DNA of 36,978 nucleotides from Priapulus caudatus (Eukaryota): NCBI RefSeq assembly GCF_000485595.1, contig NW_014577064.1, positions 475,050 to 512,027 of the forward strand, read 5' to 3'. Shown piece by piece: positions 35,020 to 36,978 of this stretch (position 1 is its first letter; each line of letters starts with the position of its first letter). The notes under the pieces were generated by a model. It saw only the letters and a program-made list of their open reading frames with translations, ran no database searches and was not told where the DNA came from. The position numbers and the translations under genes were made by a program.

Positions 35020-35534
35020 GTGAGTTTTTTAGCACCGTGCAGTACATTTTCACACCCAGTATAACTTATTCGTTTCTATTAAATCAATAATATCTCAAAT
35101 AAATTCAAATAAATTGAGAAATCACTAAATGTAGATAAATTTATTCTCACCTGTCAGCATACATATTACTGATTACTTCAGCATAAAAATTATTACGAGT
35201 TTCTACTGTTATAGGGTATAAAACAGGTATGGTAAATTAACATCAAACATGTGCCTGCTCTCTTGAGATTTGAGATAATGGAATTCTCAAATACTCCCAC
35301 AAGACAAGTACACGTAGTTACGTGACGCACGTATTTATAGACTGGTACCGTACTTATCTCGATATGTAGACGAAGGTAACATAGTGTAGAGAGAGACAGG
35401 GTACTGATCGATAGCATCTCGCGAGATCGAAAATCATGCACTAGCTTTGTTGACATATGTGTAAACAAATCTAACTTGGAATGGAGATCGGTGCATATAT
35501 TGGTGAAACGCATGATGTGCGAGTATTCTATCAC

Positions 35535-35705
35535 ATGTCTCCCAGGATACTGCCGGAACGTACCCTGGTACTATCTAATATGCCGGACCGTACCTCTCCT
35601 ACTCCACTAACGAGTCTAGGGAGTCGTTATGCCTACACCCTAACCCTAACCCTATCAGATAGTTACCAGGGTACGTTCTGGCAGTACCCAGGAAGACATA
35701 GACCT
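35535..35705 (+). mobile_element. MITE with (CCCTAA)n core, short copy
   Basis: ATGTCTCCCAGGATACTGCCGGAACGTACCCTGGTA...CCCTAACCCTAACCCTA...TACCAGGGTACGTTCTGGCAGTACCCAGGAAGACATAGACCT. Confidence 0.85.
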
Positions 35706-35716
35706 TATCAGCCTTA

Positions 35717-35973
35717 CTTATATATACTTAGCCTTATAACCTAACCTAACCTATCCTATCCTATCCTAACCTAACCTAACCTAACCTATCCTGACCTCTC
35801 CTGACCTATCCTAACCTATACCCTATCCTAACCTAACCTAACCTATCCTAACCGAACCGAACCGAACCTAACCTAACCTAACCTAACCTAACCTAACCTA
35901 ACCTAACCTAACCTAACCTAACCTAACCTAACCTAACCTAACCTAACCTATCCTGACCTATCCTAACCTAACC
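35717..35973. repeat. (CCTAA)n pentamer array, copy 2
   Basis: Direct reading, including a long pure CCTAA run ~35867-35950. Confidence 0.95.
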
Positions 35974-36877
35974 AAATGACAGCAACGCTGATGAGCGTGG
36001 AAGGCGCAGATAGAATATCCACTTTGTTTCACCAATATTTAACAGAAAGGCAGTGCAATCGGTGGTGTGGCGTGTATCCATAGACCCCTCGCGTTTCACT
36101 AACGTCCGCTAAAAGTTATTCGTTAACCGACGAAAGTTGTTCGTTCGCTAAATAGCTAAATCGAGTCAGTAATAATTATAAATATTATATAGGCTCTAAA
36201 TTTATCCCGATTCATGTACTATGCTGGTTTATACTGAATCTATCTCATACTATATATGCTAATAATAACAGTTTTATTAGGTTATTATATGTGCCTGCCA
36301 CGCCGTTACAAAAGAGCCTATACAAATTTATATATTTTTATACTTTGTCGCTGTGAACCAGCATGAGGCTGCGAGATGGGTGTCCAAAAACTATCATAAT
36401 ATTTCAATGATCGTTTTGATTCAACTTGATTGGCCTCCTGTTCGTGTCTGCTTTCTTAATGCAAAACTTACAACCTCTTATAAAATTTATCATGGTCATG
36501 TGAAGATGGGAGAGCAGCGCCGGACTGGGAAAATCATTCAGGCCGGGAAATATAGCGTGAAATATAGCCCCAGTCAGGCCACTTTTTAAGCGGGGGTTCT
36601 GGGGGTCCCGGGACTCCCCCACCAGGAAAATTTTTGTTACAAAGACTTCATTCCATGCATTCTGGTAAATTTTAGTGCATGCATATGAATCACAAACTAA
36701 TGAGCCAACAACTGCTTAGTACAATATACTGTTATGAACCTCAAATAAAAAAATATACAAATCATTAAAGAGAGAGACGACACAAGGACTAACATTTAAC
36801 CAATATTTAATTAATAACTAATGTAATAATTATTTGGATGTACATATAAAAACATTCATATCACTAAAACTCAATGA
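35740..36877 (+). repeat. direct duplication, copy 2
   Basis: Colinear with ~26780-28072. Confidence 0.92.
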
Positions 36878-36978
36878 CAGTCACTACTCACTAGTATCTA
36901 GCCAAGTTTACGTCACTCCGCCCCACCTATAATAATATGGCCTGCAGGCCGCACATTTAATATATATATATATATATA

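Noticed and set aside
35417..35428. ATCTCGCGAGAT palindrome (vertebrate BANP/ZBTB33-type motif)
   Set aside because: Single occurrence in probable intron, not at a CpG-island promoter, and relevance in an invertebrate is unsupported.

Overview
Eukaryotic (invertebrate animal, probably spiralian) genomic DNA from a draft assembly, with two N gaps and several stretches that look like uncorrected long-read fill. Two genes are firmly recognisable. A single-exon Na+/K+-ATPase alpha subunit (7538-10681, minus) lies head-to-head, about 730 bp apart, with a multi-exon GPN-loop GTPase 1 (GPN1/XAB1; 11416-19487, plus). The middle GPN1 exons are missing at a gap and one exon is indel-corrupted. The rest is dense in small non-autonomous DNA transposons: Harbinger-like, hAT-like and P-like MITEs, Helentron-associated HINE-like elements, several families with telomere-like (CCCTAA)n cores, (CCTAA)n arrays, microsatellites, a CT-rich minisatellite and a ~1.3 kb direct duplication. 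Weaker candidates are two signal-peptide exons (22113, 34913) and a possible degraded ShKT-like exon pair. I see no clear new multi-gene system. The best leads are the intronless, compositionally split ATPase sharing a promoter region with GPN1, a MITE inside a GPN1 splice acceptor, and the recurring telomere-repeat and hairpin mini-elements.
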